Counted from the first letter of the stretch, positions 10,815 through 22,800 are shown. The stretch: DNA of 64,000 nt from Gordius albopunctatus (GCA_964276515.1 OZ193910.1:4898001-4962000), one strand, 5' to 3'. Numbers and translations are program-made. The notes: generated by a model from the letters alone, not told the origin.

Positions 10815-13800
10815 AAGCCCCGATTACAAACAAGAGCTTAGCTAAATCGGCAAGCTAGGATTGAGTCCCATCTGACACCATAGGTGCATCTCGGGCCACG
10901 CTAACCAGAGGTTACGTGTTCAGTTGTTAGTATGTTAGTGGTTAGTATGTTAAAGCGAAGATCAGTATTTTTAGTTGCCGGAAGCAATAAAGTAAAAGTA
11001 AAAGCAGAACATGCAAGCGAATAGTAAAAGTATAATAGTATAAGCATATAAATATAGGATACAACTCTTCCTTGATATTCTGGCAAGAGGACTTGCAGGC
11101 TTTCCATTGTTTGCTAGTTTGGGCGTCGGACTCGGGTTCATGGTTAGATGGTGTGGAAATAAAGTAGCTCTTCATGGTTAGCTAGTTTGGGGGCCGCCCT
11201 CGGTCTCAGGGATAAATCTGATCATTTATTTATTTATTTGGGATGATGTAGGCTTCAGAGACTGCTCAAAGTTGAGGCGATTGGGAGGGGATATTTGGAA
11301 GGGAAATTGGAGGCAGAAAAGGCTTTCCAAGCGGATCTGTTTTGCATTATGGGGATTATAGTATTCCACTCGTGGTTAAGAGAGTGGAGTTCCGAAAAAG
11401 TTTTTTGGATCCAGGAACCTCGACATTTTAGATTTTTTAGTTGGGGGGTCTCCATAGAATTGATCGTAAGCAAATTTTGAGTCCATTGCATCTAGTCTGG
11501 TGGGCTAGAAAGTTCCATTTCCGTGATATAATTATGTTTTTTATGGGAGGGATTTCGCAAAGGGTCCAAACGTTTGGATTGCTAATTACCTCAGGGTAGA
11601 ATATTTTATAAATTATTCTTAGAATTTTATTTAGTTTGGTTTGGGCAGCTTTTAGGGTCAAACCTTTTAGGGACCATGTTTCGCATTCATAGAGGAATAT
11701 AGGTAATATGGTAGTTTTGAACAGCCGTCGGCGGGTCGGTAGAGCCAGTTCGTTGGATTTCCAGATTGAATAGCATGAATAAAATCTCTTTAGTGCTTTA
11801 GATAATTTATTAGAGGCATCTTGGTGGGAATATGTGTCTGAAGAAAAAAGAACTCCTAAGTAGTTTATTGATTCTGAAAAAGGGATTGTGTTGCTAATAG
11901 ACAATGTAGTATTTTGGTGGGGTATGTTAATAGATAGTAAGTTAGACTTGCTAGGGTTAATTATTAAACCGGCTTTCTTGGATTCTAAGACGAATCTATC
12001 GGCAAAGTTCTGAGTTTTGAGAGTTGAATCCGATATGATGCATAAATCGTCAGCAAAGACACTTTTAAGCCGTTCATGTAGATACCATCGTAAGGAAGGG
12101 TGGATCTTCTAATTATGAGATCCATTGCCGTGATGAATAGTAGAGGAGATAATGGACAAACCTGTCTAACTCCTAAATTAACTTGGATTGGGTTTGAACG
12201 GTGGTGTAGATGTTTTATGACCACTTTCATGTCTTTGTAGAGAAAGAAGATAAGTCTAATAATTTTTTGGGAATTCCTAGTAGGAATAAAGATTCCCATA
12301 TGTAAAGATGGGATAGGGAGTCGAAAGCTTTATGAATGTCGACAAATGTTAGGACTAAAGGTTATTTAGATTTAGAGGAGATGACAATGTCAATGAATGG
12401 ATATATCCTCCTGTATATTAATTTTATAAAAACCTTGGAAATGTTATTTATGATTGTGATCCCTCTATAATTATCGGGAAGGGATGTGTCTCCTTTTTTT
12501 ATAGATTTTACTAAGTAGACCAAGCGTGGGGGATGATCTCTTGTAGCTAGATTTTAGTGAAGAGTTGATGCAATAGTTTGCTAGACAAGGAGTAATCAGC
12601 TTTAAGGGCTTCCGCTGTGATTTTGTCTGCATGGGTAGCTTTATGCAGTTTGAGGGATTTTAATTACATTTAAGGAGGGTGGTTCTACACTGATAGAAGG
12701 GGTGGTGAGTGTTTTGAAGTTATTAATGAATTCAAGGAATATGTCGGAACAGGGGATTGAATAAAGGCGATCTATAATGGAACTAAAGTGGCTCTCTCAA
12801 GCCTCCGTTTGGATCAAAGAATCGTTGGAGCTATGTTCGTTTTGTATTGTGTTGTAGTTATATTTGTCTGCAAATTTTGCGGTGATGTTCTGAGCACTTT
12901 GTAAAGGGTGTGTGTTCTGTTTGTGCGAGCAGCAGATTCTGCTTCATTTAGTTTGCTTAATAAGTAATTAGCCTTGTCCTTTTTTATTGCCGCTTTGATC
13001 TTTTTAGTGAGATGTTGGACCCATGCTTTTTTATTTCTAAGTGTCTTATCTTTAAAAACGTTTTACCGGGACTCGAGTAGATTAATGGTATCAATGGAGA
13101 ACCAGGATTTAATGTTGATATGGAGATGGTCACTCTGGGATGGGGTGAAAAACTTTGCTAAGGTCTCATTGTTGTCATTGACTGAGAGGGGGGGGGGCAA
13201 GATCGCCAAGTGCCTTCGAGTCTGTTTGTAATCTGGACTCAAGTTGAGAGATGTCTCTGATTATGTTTGCTCGAGATGGGTAATTTTTTAGTTTTTTTGA
13301 CGTGTGGAAAGAGGAGGGATTAATAAAGAGATCAGTGGGTACCTCGGTGATTTTCATTCTTTTGGTATGTGATTAGGTTATCCAGAGGAAGGTCGAAAAA
13401 GGTTGAGGTTATCTTTAGTTTATGTTTGCAGCAGAATCTTTAGAGCAGTTTACCGTTTCGGTTAGTCGGTCCAATTAAATTTGGGCCAATTATTAAATTA
13501 TTATCCCCCAATGTGCGCTGGACGGAAGCATTGAAGTCACCGACGAGGATTTTAAGATGTTTAGTGTTAAATTTATCTGTGATGTTTTGGAGGAGGGATT
13601 CCATCGATTGAGAATTTTTGGAAGAGGGGGGAAAGTATATGTAAAAATTGATAAACAACGATTTTTTATTTTTAAGTGAATGATTAATAATCTGTTGTTC
13701 ACATAGTCGATGCTAATTACTTTGAGGTCCTTTTTAATAAGAATGGCTACACCTGATGCAGGCTCAAGGCCGCATTCCGTGCAATAGAAATTATAGTCGT

Positions 13801-14420
13801 TAACGGGGAGAACTTTGCGATGTGAGTATCTTGTTTACTGAACACAGAGAATTTGAATTCTGTGGTGGGAGGCAAATAAAGTAAGGCTCTGTAAGATTCC
13901 TGGTTCTCTTAAGGTTTGAGTATTGAGAGAAGCCAGTTTTAGGATCATTTTAATTTGAGTATAAGGGATTAAAAGTTGGGGTGGAATGAGACGGATTTAG
14001 TAACGAATTTTAAAACTTAATAAATTGGCAGATATGAAAATTATTAGAAGCAAGCCTAGTTGTGTTTTGTATATTGTTAATATATTAGAAGTGAATAGGT
14101 AGATGAATTACTGGTTATAAATAAGACCATTTTGTAGAGGGGTGGAGCTTAATTTTCCTTATAATGGGGGGGGGGTCAGTCTGCTTCACTCTTATTTTTA
14201 GAGTGTATTAGTATTTAAGCGAGATCTATTCCGGAAGCATTTGAGCAGTAGAAAATATATTTGTTTTAAAATGGAGTAGCTCCAGAGGGGAGAGGGAGGT
14301 GAGAAGCACCGGCCTTGTATTTTATATATTATAGCATTTTAGCAAGTATTTGTTCGGGCAATTGATTACTGGTTATAAATAAATAACCTCTTATTTGTAG
14401 AGGGGTGGGGAAATATATTA
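10815..14420 (-). mobile_element. Non-LTR retrotransposon (RTE-like LINE), near full length but frameshifted: APE endonuclease plus RT
   Basis: ORF starts MILKLASLNTQTL at 13948. APE motifs GVAILIK, NRLLIIHL, LVGDFNA, TNRNGKLL. RT motifs PDNYRGIT, FVDIHKAFDS, GVRQVCPLSPLLF, FADDL, YLGV. RTE-type PIFLYECETW. 3' UTR ~10815-11250 runs into (TACA)n. The 5' boundary is approximate. Confidence 0.9.
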
Positions 14421-14523
14421 TTTATAAGAGGGCACCCGTCTTATTCCGACTTATTTTTAATTTCACAGTTGGGTATTGACGTTATTGCCGCCAGAATTCT
14501 TCCGGGAGCGATAAGCAGGAGAA

Positions 14524-15065
14524 AACTCGGGCCTTCGGCCCTCGTGGGAAGTGGGAGGGGGGAAGGGAAGGGGGAACAAAACTCATCTATACTCCGTATA
14601 AACGAAGCATATTTGCTATGCAATTTATGGGCGAGAAAGGTCGGAAGGGGCAGAAATGCCTATAGAAGGGTATTAAATGCAAAATGACTAGTTAATTATT
14701 TATGCAAATTTTCTATTTAATTAAAAAAAATTGCCCTCGCCGGGATTCGAACCCACATTAAATAGAGCCATAAGCCTTTGTAGCACAGGGACCCATAGAG
14801 GCATAGGCCCTTGTAGGGGAAGGCATAGGGTAATTATCAATGTTAACCTATTCAAAAATGAAAAACGAAAAATTTGGATTTATTTGGTCAATGGTCATTT
14901 TTTCATTAGTCAGTAGCCTGCGGACGGTCAAAAATTCATATTATCCATGGTATTAACAAGAACATAATATTAATTTAATTTAAAAAAAAAATATTTTGTC
15001 CTCTCCGGGTCTCGATCCCCAACCTGCAAGTCAGTAAGCTGTCGCTATAACCACTCATACCTAGA
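14524..15065 (-). mobile_element. HINE/DINE-like element copy 2, 5'-truncated, with tRNA-like segments
   Basis: 3' hairpin GGGCCTTCGGCCC at ~14529-14541, subterminal IR TTGCTATGCAATTTATGGG at ~14613, one internal repeat unit, and B-box-like motifs at ~14742-14752 and ~15008-15018. Confidence 0.75.
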
Positions 15066-15488
15066 GTTGTTAAATTGCTAACTTTCTTCAACTCCAGCCA
15101 CAATCTGCTCGAGTTTCTGCTCGGTCCTCGAGCATTTTTATATGCTAAAATACCCTCCTCCATTTAGGTAGTAAATGTATGGAAATTCAAATATTTCTTT
15201 ACTTACTTACTTATATTCTTCATGCATAATTTATTGTTTCATTAAGAGCATGCTGATAGAAATCTTCTTCAGGATATAATTTATATTCCCTCACTTGATA
15301 AATGTATTTGCCTCGTTAGGTTGTACATTGGTCCTTACCTAAATAATTATTTTAGAATTTACTTCGACTAGCCTTGAATCCAGGTGAAATATCTTAATGT
15401 ATAGGATGGGTTTTTTATTCAAATAGGTTTAGGTGATAGTTGAGAATCGGATGACAATTCATTTTCGTGTGCTACCATTTGAATCAAT

Positions 15489-17042
15489 ATGTTTCCTAAA
15501 ATTACAAAATTTAAAAGTAAACTTTTTGTGAAGAAAAAGGTCCAATGGTTATTTGTTGTTTTACTTCTAACCCTCTTTTATTATTACTTTAAAGACACTT
15601 TAGCATTCTTAAATGAGTCGGTGTTATTTGATAATGCTGAAACAATTGATTCCTTGCTAGCAAAAAATTTAAAAGAAGACAATCAAAAAATTATGTTTTA
15701 TATAATTCAAAATTATCTCCACAGAGTAAAAAATTATTTTTTGTATCTATTTTTAAAAGCCGAATCATATAGATAGCTATAATCTGATAGGCCCTTTAAA
15801 ATCTGATTATTCAATGGGCCAAACTTTGATTATAAAAAAGTTAATGGATGCTGATCCTGAAAATTCTTCAAGGACTAAATTCTTTGTTGAGTGTGGTGCC
15901 TATGATGGTGAAATTAGATCAAATACGTTGTATTTTGAAAAGCATGGTTGGTTAGGACTTTTAATTGAACCTGACCCTAATAACTTCATTAAGCTTTTGA
16001 CCAAGAAAAGGAAAAGTTATGCTGTGAATGCATGTCTCTGTCCCAATACTTCACAGCCAAGAATGGTAACCAAGACTTATATATATTCTTGAATCATTTT
16101 TATTTGCAGGTAACCTTCATCCCTTTTGCAAATCGTGGTCATATTCAACAGTATAATTCAAAACATAATAGTTGGAATACTAAAAATATCGGTGATGCTT
16201 CTCAATACCCTTGCTTCTCACTGTACACTTTAATCCTTACCATTAAAAAGTTGATGCCATCATTTCCATTAATTATAGATTATTTTTCTTTGGATATTGA
16301 AGGTGCAGAGCTTGATGTTTTAAAAACCATCCCATTCCATAAAATTTATATAAAGGTTAGCAACATTTCTATTCTTTAACTTTTTAATGCTAGGGTAAAA
16401 ATATTTAACCTTGTGTGATGGTTGCAAACTTATGTATTTTTTGTATAAAACAATTGCAACGTTTTTTCATATAAATAAATTCAAACAGGCTCCCATGGTT
16501 ACTACAAAATTTGCACAATGTTATTAAAAAATATCTTAAAAATGGATTGAACTTGAACCCAAAGTGAATCAAAATGTATGAGATTCTCATAAAATACCAC
16601 TTGAGCCTTTTTAAACCTTTCAGTTTTAAATAAATCATTTTAGTAGCAATTAGAGATTTGTGTTACTAAAAAATTATTTTTGTTAAATAAATATTACATA
16701 TTTTATCACAAACTGCTTGTTTGCAATGAACTTTGAATTAAACCTACACTTTAATTTTAACAATAGTTTTGCGTTAAAAATTAATTGATTTTCTTTTATT
16801 AAAAATGCTCGTTTTATATTAAATCATAGACTATGTCAGTTGAATTTACACACGTTACTGGAGGAAAGTATGCCCTGATCGAGTTTATGTCAAAACACAA
16901 TTTTGTAGCTGTTGATAGCGTTGAACGTGAAGATAACTTAGCTAACGACATCATATTTGCCAATAGGAGGCATTTTACACCATCCGTACTTAATAAAATA
17001 AGGAACAAAAATTTCGCCCTCGAGGAATCAACGTCAAATTAG
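15489..17042 (+). CDS. Star-like / FkbM (Methyltransf_21) family type II membrane protein, ~333 aa, 4 exons
   Basis: Exons 15489-15725, 15760-16065, 16110-16355, 16830-17042, joined in frame by phase-0 GT-AG introns of 34, 44 and 474 nt. N-terminal TM segment WLFVVLLLTLFYYYF. Family motifs FFVECGAYDGEIRSNTLYFE..GWLGLLIEP, IDYFSLDIEGAELDVLKTIPF, SVEFTH, as in Drosophila Star-like proteins. Confidence 0.9.
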
Positions 17043-17239
17043 ATTATTATGAATTATAGGCAATTATTTATTGTGTTTTAATATAATTTGTATTATACCT
17101 CAATAGTGATTTTAGTAAAAAAGATAAATCATACGTTGTTATCATTAGTTATTATAGACATTTGACAAATCTAATTCAGACGTAAAAATTAGAGTATGAG
17201 CCGACACCTTATAATTGCAATGTGATGGTTTATGTTGAA

Positions 17240-17725
17240 TTAGGGATCCCTATTGACCTTTTTTTGTTGCGATAGTGTGAGGACTTGGGTTTTGATACCA
17301 GAATCGGGTATTTGCTTTACACTTTCCACCGCTGAGAAATTGGAATCTACCTTAATATCCGTGACGCAGTGTTCAAACGGAATTTCCATGGAATTTTTGG
17401 GGGGTTTTGCCTTTTTGACGCTCTCCGACTGGTTAGCAATCTTGGAGGAGGCTACTATAGTTGGTGGAAGCTTTTCATTTTCTAACGAACATGATGGACT
17501 CTCTACGGATTCGGATCGATCTGACCCAGACGGGGAGGCCCCTTCGGCCCCAGACATGTGAGAGGAGTGCCCTTCACTAGGGTCGGGCGATTTAAGGGCG
17601 GTATCTTGAGAGATAATTGCCATCGGAGGGGGTGGAACTGCCGGGGGAACTTTTCCCCCCTTGGCTTTAGTCCCTGTATCTTGTTTGGGAGCCGGTTTTT
17701 TGAAACATCTCATACAATTACCCAT
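17240..17725 (-). CDS. Orphan 161-aa Pro/Ser-rich protein with an N-terminal MGNCMRC myristoylation/palmitoylation-type motif
   Basis: Long ORF that is more GC-rich than its flanks, starting MGNCMRCFKK, with a PPAVPPPP tract. CRE-like TGATTACGTCA upstream (~17847). An optional 50-nt intron at 17208-17257 would change the C-terminus. Confidence 0.65.
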   Translation of the reverse strand: MGNCMRCFKKPAPKQDTGTKAKGGKVPPAVPPPPMAIISQDTALKSPDPSEGHSSHMSGAEGASPSGSDRSESVESPSCSLENEKLPPTIVASSKIANQSESVKKAKPPKNSMEIPFEHCVTDIKVDSNFSAVESVKQIPDSGIKTQVLTLSQQKKVNRDP

Positions 17726-18070
17726 GTGATTGTCGATTCAATGAGACTGGGTCGCAAAACGACTATTACATCGATCCTCGTTGGTACAATATGAAAACAT
17801 TAGGCATGGAAATGATTTGAGAGAAATTCACGCATTAGTTGTTATGTGATTACGTCACTCATTGTTTAACTTGCGAAAGACGTATTAATTGTAGCATTGC
17901 AGTGATGACGTTATAGCTTTGTCAAACTTATAGCTTGTGGATGTTATTTTTCGCTAAATGAATATAGACAAATAAGCTAAAAATGTCATTGATTATATAT
18001 TAAAATAATTTAATCTAAAGTTTAAGATCGCTACAGTTTTAATTTTGTCGCTTAAATTATGGGGTAATAC

Positions 18071-18183
18071 CAGGCGCGTAGCCAGGATTTTCTCAAGGGG
18101 GGGGGCGGATTTCAAAAAAAAATTTATAAGCAAAATTTTAAAATTAATTTTTGCATTCCCCCCCCCCCTTATTTACGCCACTG
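18071..18183. mobile_element. hAT-type MITE (CAGGCGCGTA...TACGCCACTG)
   Basis: Imperfect TIRs; 8-bp TSD GGTAATAC at 18063-18070 and 18184-18191. Confidence 0.8.
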
Positions 18184-20472
18184 GGTAATACCTAAATAAG
18201 AATAATTTATATATTGCGAGCACCAGCATTTAAGTACAAATATTATAATAAAGGTTATCCATGGGCCTGCTGCCCACCCCCCCCCTCTCTAAATTTCAAA
18301 AATTTGCTGAAATTTATTAAAATTTGAAAAAATCCCTAAATCTTGCCCAAATCTAATTCCAATGCTGGCTGCGCCCATGAGATTATCTAATATTAAAACG
18401 CTTGCCCAGGTAAATAATCCTTTTTCAACTGTTAAAATTCATTTGCACATTTTAAACCTTAGTAGTAGTAATAGCATTTTGAGTCTGGGATTTAAAACTT
18501 ATTATTAGACTGACATACATATATATGTTAAAGATTTATTATTAGAAGAATCGCCCTTAAGTTGCATATCCCATATATTTAAGTTATTTAATTGTTTATA
18601 TATAGTCGTTTAAATTCAAGATTGTATAATTCCGGCTAAACTACCCGCTTTCAAATTCTAACTATAATGTTCATTGTGGAAATTTGTCAAGGCAGCATAA
18701 TGGTCAGTTTTTTAATTCTTGCTTTTCGCAAAATTTTAAATTTCATAAATTATTTTTTGGGTTGGAAATTAAACATTTGGCGTCTTATGAGTTGCGTGCT
18801 TAAATTTATATTTACTAGAATTTTAATTATGAGTGTCTAAAAAATTTTTATATCTTGTAAAATTTATATTTTTAAAGGTTCTTAAATCTGTTGCTAAATT
18901 TGTTTGGCTCAGACAAAAACTTCCGTATTTATCTTAACCCAATTTAAATCAGATATTTCTATCAAGTTTTTATGGCGCATGGTAGCTAGGATTTGACGTA
19001 AGAAGGGGGGGGGGCAAAATGTTTTTTATTTTAACCATTGAATCTAGGGTCTGAAGGGATCTGTCTCTTTCTGGCTCGGCCCATGCCAGTCCGTCTTCAA
19101 TAAATCAATTATATAATCTGATCCTCAACTTATATATAAAAACAAAATTTTCACCAGACTTTTGTTTCGGGCGTAAAAACTTATTAATCTAAGTATCACT
19201 CGTTTTTCAAGACGCTGAAATTCCAAGTATGCCATCAATTTATTGTCTTTTTTTGTCCGATTTTTAGGAAAAAATGTGACGAATCATGGTCTGTTCACCG
19301 TATAAGACTACTTTTATGAAAAGCAGCCAGGCGGTCAATCAGGTCCATAGACAGGATTAACATCACAAAGGCATGGGCTGTATGAAATATGAAACAGGGT
19401 TGCATCTATTTCAAACGTGTAGCTTTAAATTTTTAAAACAAATATACTAAGAAGAGTAAGGGTAAATATTTTTTAGCTTTATCATTTAGAAAAATTATGC
19501 ACAAAATGCTCGTTTAAATCCTTAGAAGGGAGAGACAATAATGATCATTTTCGAAATACACAATCGTAATATATTTCAACCAATTTTTGGATTTAGAGAG
19601 GGGCAGCTGCCCCCCCCCCACCCCCTGGCGACGCCCATGCCCTACCATGTTGTTAATGAGCGAAGATTCTAACTTTATTACGATATCAGTTAATAATGAA
19701 TCAACTAGATGATAATATTATTGCCTCGTAAATAACTATTTCAATAGAGGTCAATGCAAATATTTTACTTGGACCAGCCCGAGCTTTCTTAAAAACAAAA
19801 ATTTGAGAAAGTTTTAATATATATTTATTTAAAATTTGTGACTTATAAATATTTGCTGCTTTAACCTTCGCTCACATTTGGAAATTTATTAAGACTACAA
19901 ATCTCAAAAAAATATGTTTAAACTTCATTATAAAACTACCTCACATAAACGTGTAATCTAGATAATACACGATCCGCCAGGGCCTCGAACCCGAGGGCCG
20001 AGACCCTAATAAACCTTAAGAGAGATTTTTAAGTGCTTTTAATAGATAAGATATTTAATCCTAAACATTCAAATCACTTATTTTAACCTGACCAATGGAT
20101 TAATCGCATTACGAGTCCCTCTAAATTAATTCATCAGCAAACCGCTCTAAATATTTATCAAACGTTTTAAAATTTGATGGAAATGAGCTACAACCCATAG
20201 GCTGTAACAAAAACCATAGGATAAATTCATTATAAAACTTATGTTTTAAGCTATCTTTTCCATAATAACGATTTTTCCCAAAATAAACTTAAATATAGGA
20301 CATCAATAATTTTTATACGTCCTTTGTATAATTTTAAGTTCATTCTATAAGCCATTGTAGCTTTATTTTAAAACATACAACTCATCTAAATTAAATAATG
20401 TGATATTCAAATTTTGTTTTCCGTGTAAATTTTGGTGATTGGGTAATGAATGCATTGACAATGTAACAGCGT

Positions 20473-21255
20473 TTATTTAACACTTTTCTTGAGTTTTTCT
20501 ATAAATTCTGCATCTTTCGCTGCTCTTACCTGATCCATAACATTCCACAAAGCATCCTAAATGTTAATCATGTCGAAAACGTGAGTATTATACCAAAAAG
20601 TTGTTGTTGGCCTTGCATACTAAAAATATGTAATTTTTCAACTTGTTTTCTTCCTCCATATTTGTAGACTTTAAAAAGTCACAATTGGGAGAGTGAAGTT
20701 TGTGTTCTGTCCTAAAACAAAAAACATTGTGCATCTATGTAATAGTGTTGTAAAAAGGGCTGCCTTTCCACTAAACATAAAAAATGGACCAAAGGCTCTT
20801 TTTGGTCTCTTTTTCAAGGGTCGACCTCTAGAATTAGTCGAAATTTGGAAAAGGGAGCAGAAGCGTCAGGTAATCTTAGTGAAACTAAAGGTCGCCTAAA
20901 CAAAACCCACCCCTTTTTACAACACTAATCTGTGGCATTACAAACTTACAGTGGATCGTCGTTTGGGTCCCAGTTGGCTAATTCTTTCCAGCATATGATA
21001 CACACGGCATTATCCACAAACTCTTGGCTAGGGGCGTAAATAAACCCAGCCGAAGCCATCTATAATTGATAAAATAAAGGGAAATAAGGATATTTATTAT
21101 TATTATTATTTTACTACCTTTTTACTATTACACTTCACTCTTGATCGATATGGCCAATTTTTGAATGTGGCCAACCTGAAATTATAGTCGAAGTAGCGGT
21201 CGATGTTGTTAATAATAGGTACGTAATTCTTTTTAAAATTTTCGACATCAGCCAT
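20473..21255 (-). CDS. BIRC5: Survivin/Deterin-like single-BIR-domain protein, 149 aa, 4 exons (absent from the ORF track)
   Basis: Exons 21255-21118, 21059-20950, 20711-20594, 20556-20473; GT-AG introns of 58, 238 and 37 nt. Protein MADVENFKKNYVPIINNIDRYFDYNFRLATFKNWPYRSRVKCNSKK|MASAGFIYAPSQEFVDNAVCIICWKELANWDPNDDPL|TEHKLHSPNCDFLKSTNMEEENKLKNYIFLVCKANNNFL|DALWNVMDQVRAAKDAEFIEKLKKSVK. BIR signature R..TF.NWP, AGF and C-x2-C-x16-H-x6-C are intact. Confidence 0.93.
20743..20927. mobile_element. MITE inside survivin intron 2
   Basis: TIR TAGTGTTGTAAAAAGGG / CCCTTTTTACAACACTA. Related ends at ~7858, ~22050-22556 and ~62710-62730. Confidence 0.8.
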
Positions 21256-22049
21256 GGCTCGTGTTATTTAGAGGATTTAATAATTAAAAGCGTTTTGTTC
21301 GTGATGTCGAATTTCTTCTAAAGAGGAACAATTACATAATAATTCAGTGAGTTTTTAATTGATAATGTTAATAAACTTTACTATTAATTATATATTTAAA
21401 GGCATTATCTTTAAGTGGTTTTTTAAGGAGTGACGCGGTGAAGTGGCGGGGGAACCCAGTTTTTCTGATTATAAATTATAATTTCGCTTAATTAACAGCA
21501 TCGATAAATTATTATTATTATTAATATTGGAAAAAAGTAATCAAAATACAGCACGCTTACTATTAGATGTAAATTTATATATATTTTAAAAACAAAGATG
21601 CTAACAGTAACGACAAACTTTTAGAGCACACTTGGCAATTTATAATGGACACGTGGTTTTGTACGTTAAAAATACAATAATATCAGGCGATTAACGAAAA
21701 TTGAGGGAAACAATCAAATCGACTAACAATATATTGTAAAAGGGCTTATTAATCCTCAAAGCAGACGAATAAATTGATGAAGAAAACGCAGCCTCTAAAT
21801 TTATATTATGACCCCCATTCGGCATAAGGTCAAAGCCTTAATTTTTGCCCCACAACACTAGTGCGGTAGCGAAATTGTACAAGAGTGGCTATTAATTTTA
21901 TCCACGGGTTAAAATTTACTTTTGCTATGACTAGACGTAGAGGGGGGGGGAGTATTTCCAGCTACCCCTCCGCCCTGATAAAAAGCTGGTGTCTTGGCCA
22001 CTTAACCTCCTTTGTCCTTTTGGCTGCCCATGAAGTTTTATTGCATAAA

Positions 22050-22556
22050 CTAGAGTTGAAAAAGCGGGACTGGGTTCTGTTTGGTCGGCCTTTGGTTTTA
22101 GCCATAGACTAAACATGAATGGACCAAAGATTTTTGGCTCTATTTTTCTTAGTCGACCAGTAGGCTTCGTCGGAATTCGGAAAATAGAGCGGAGTCGACC
22201 GTTAGTCCTAGGGCTTGTCTTAATATATCGGATTCAGATTCAAATGGCGCGAATTTATCTTTATCAAATATCCGATGATTCAATTTCATGTGTCAGACTC
22301 GGTTTTGATTATTATTAATATTTTGTTTTTTGATAGTTAAATCCATTTTTTTATTTATTTCAACTCTTGAGATTAATCGCTGTTGTATTATGCGTCTGAA
22401 ATGAAAATCTGCTGTGAATTCGAAGTTTAGACACACGGGGCTATGTTATAACCCCTACAACGATTTTTGCTGCGCTGCAAAATCCGATATTAAGACAAGC
22501 CCTTAAATAAATCAAAGATCGGTCAAAAAAAACCAGCCCCGTTTTTGCAACACTCG
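22050..22556. mobile_element. MITE containing a second nested MITE (22209-22504)
   Basis: Outer ends TAGAGTTGAAAAAGCGGGACTGG / CCAGCCCCGTTTTTGCAACACTC. Inner TIR TAGGGCTTGTCTTAATAT..CGGATT / AATCCGATATTAAGACAAGCCCTT. Confidence 0.65.
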
Positions 22557-22698
22557 TATATAGCATAACAACGCTGATGGCCATATAACAAATGTCTATC
22601 CAGGCATAAATGTTGAATCTACAAAATGGGTTGAAGTTTCAACCTTAAATTAACCCATTTCAACTTATATGGATTCGACATCACAAATGGACCGGTAC

Positions 22699-22800
22699 TA
22701 GAGACCTGCGCGGGCGGCCCGAAGCCCGGCCCCGAGAATTTCCCCGCCGGGCTCGAGCCTTAAAGATCACAGGCCTTTATCAATAGGCCTGGCCCGGCAT
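22699..22800. mobile_element. hAT left-end fragment
   Basis: TAGAGACCTGCGCGGGCGGCCCGAAGCCCGG, related to 1-43 and 55202. No partner end found. Confidence 0.55.

Noticed and set aside
10255..10845. 177-196-aa ORFs of MYVC / HTYI repeats
   Set aside because: Translation artefacts of the (TATG)n microsatellite.
14996..15065. Functional tRNA gene
   Set aside because: A/B-box-like motifs are present but I could not build a clean cloverleaf, and it lies in a repeat. Reported as tRNA-derived instead.
17253..17794. Plus-strand ORFs of 102 and 78 aa
   Set aside because: Antisense to the MGNC ORF, with non-ATG starts and no motifs.
21390..21455. E2F/CHR-like sites upstream of the survivin gene
   Set aside because: Matches are degenerate (TTCCCCCGCC, TTTAAA) and too weak to call in AT-rich DNA.
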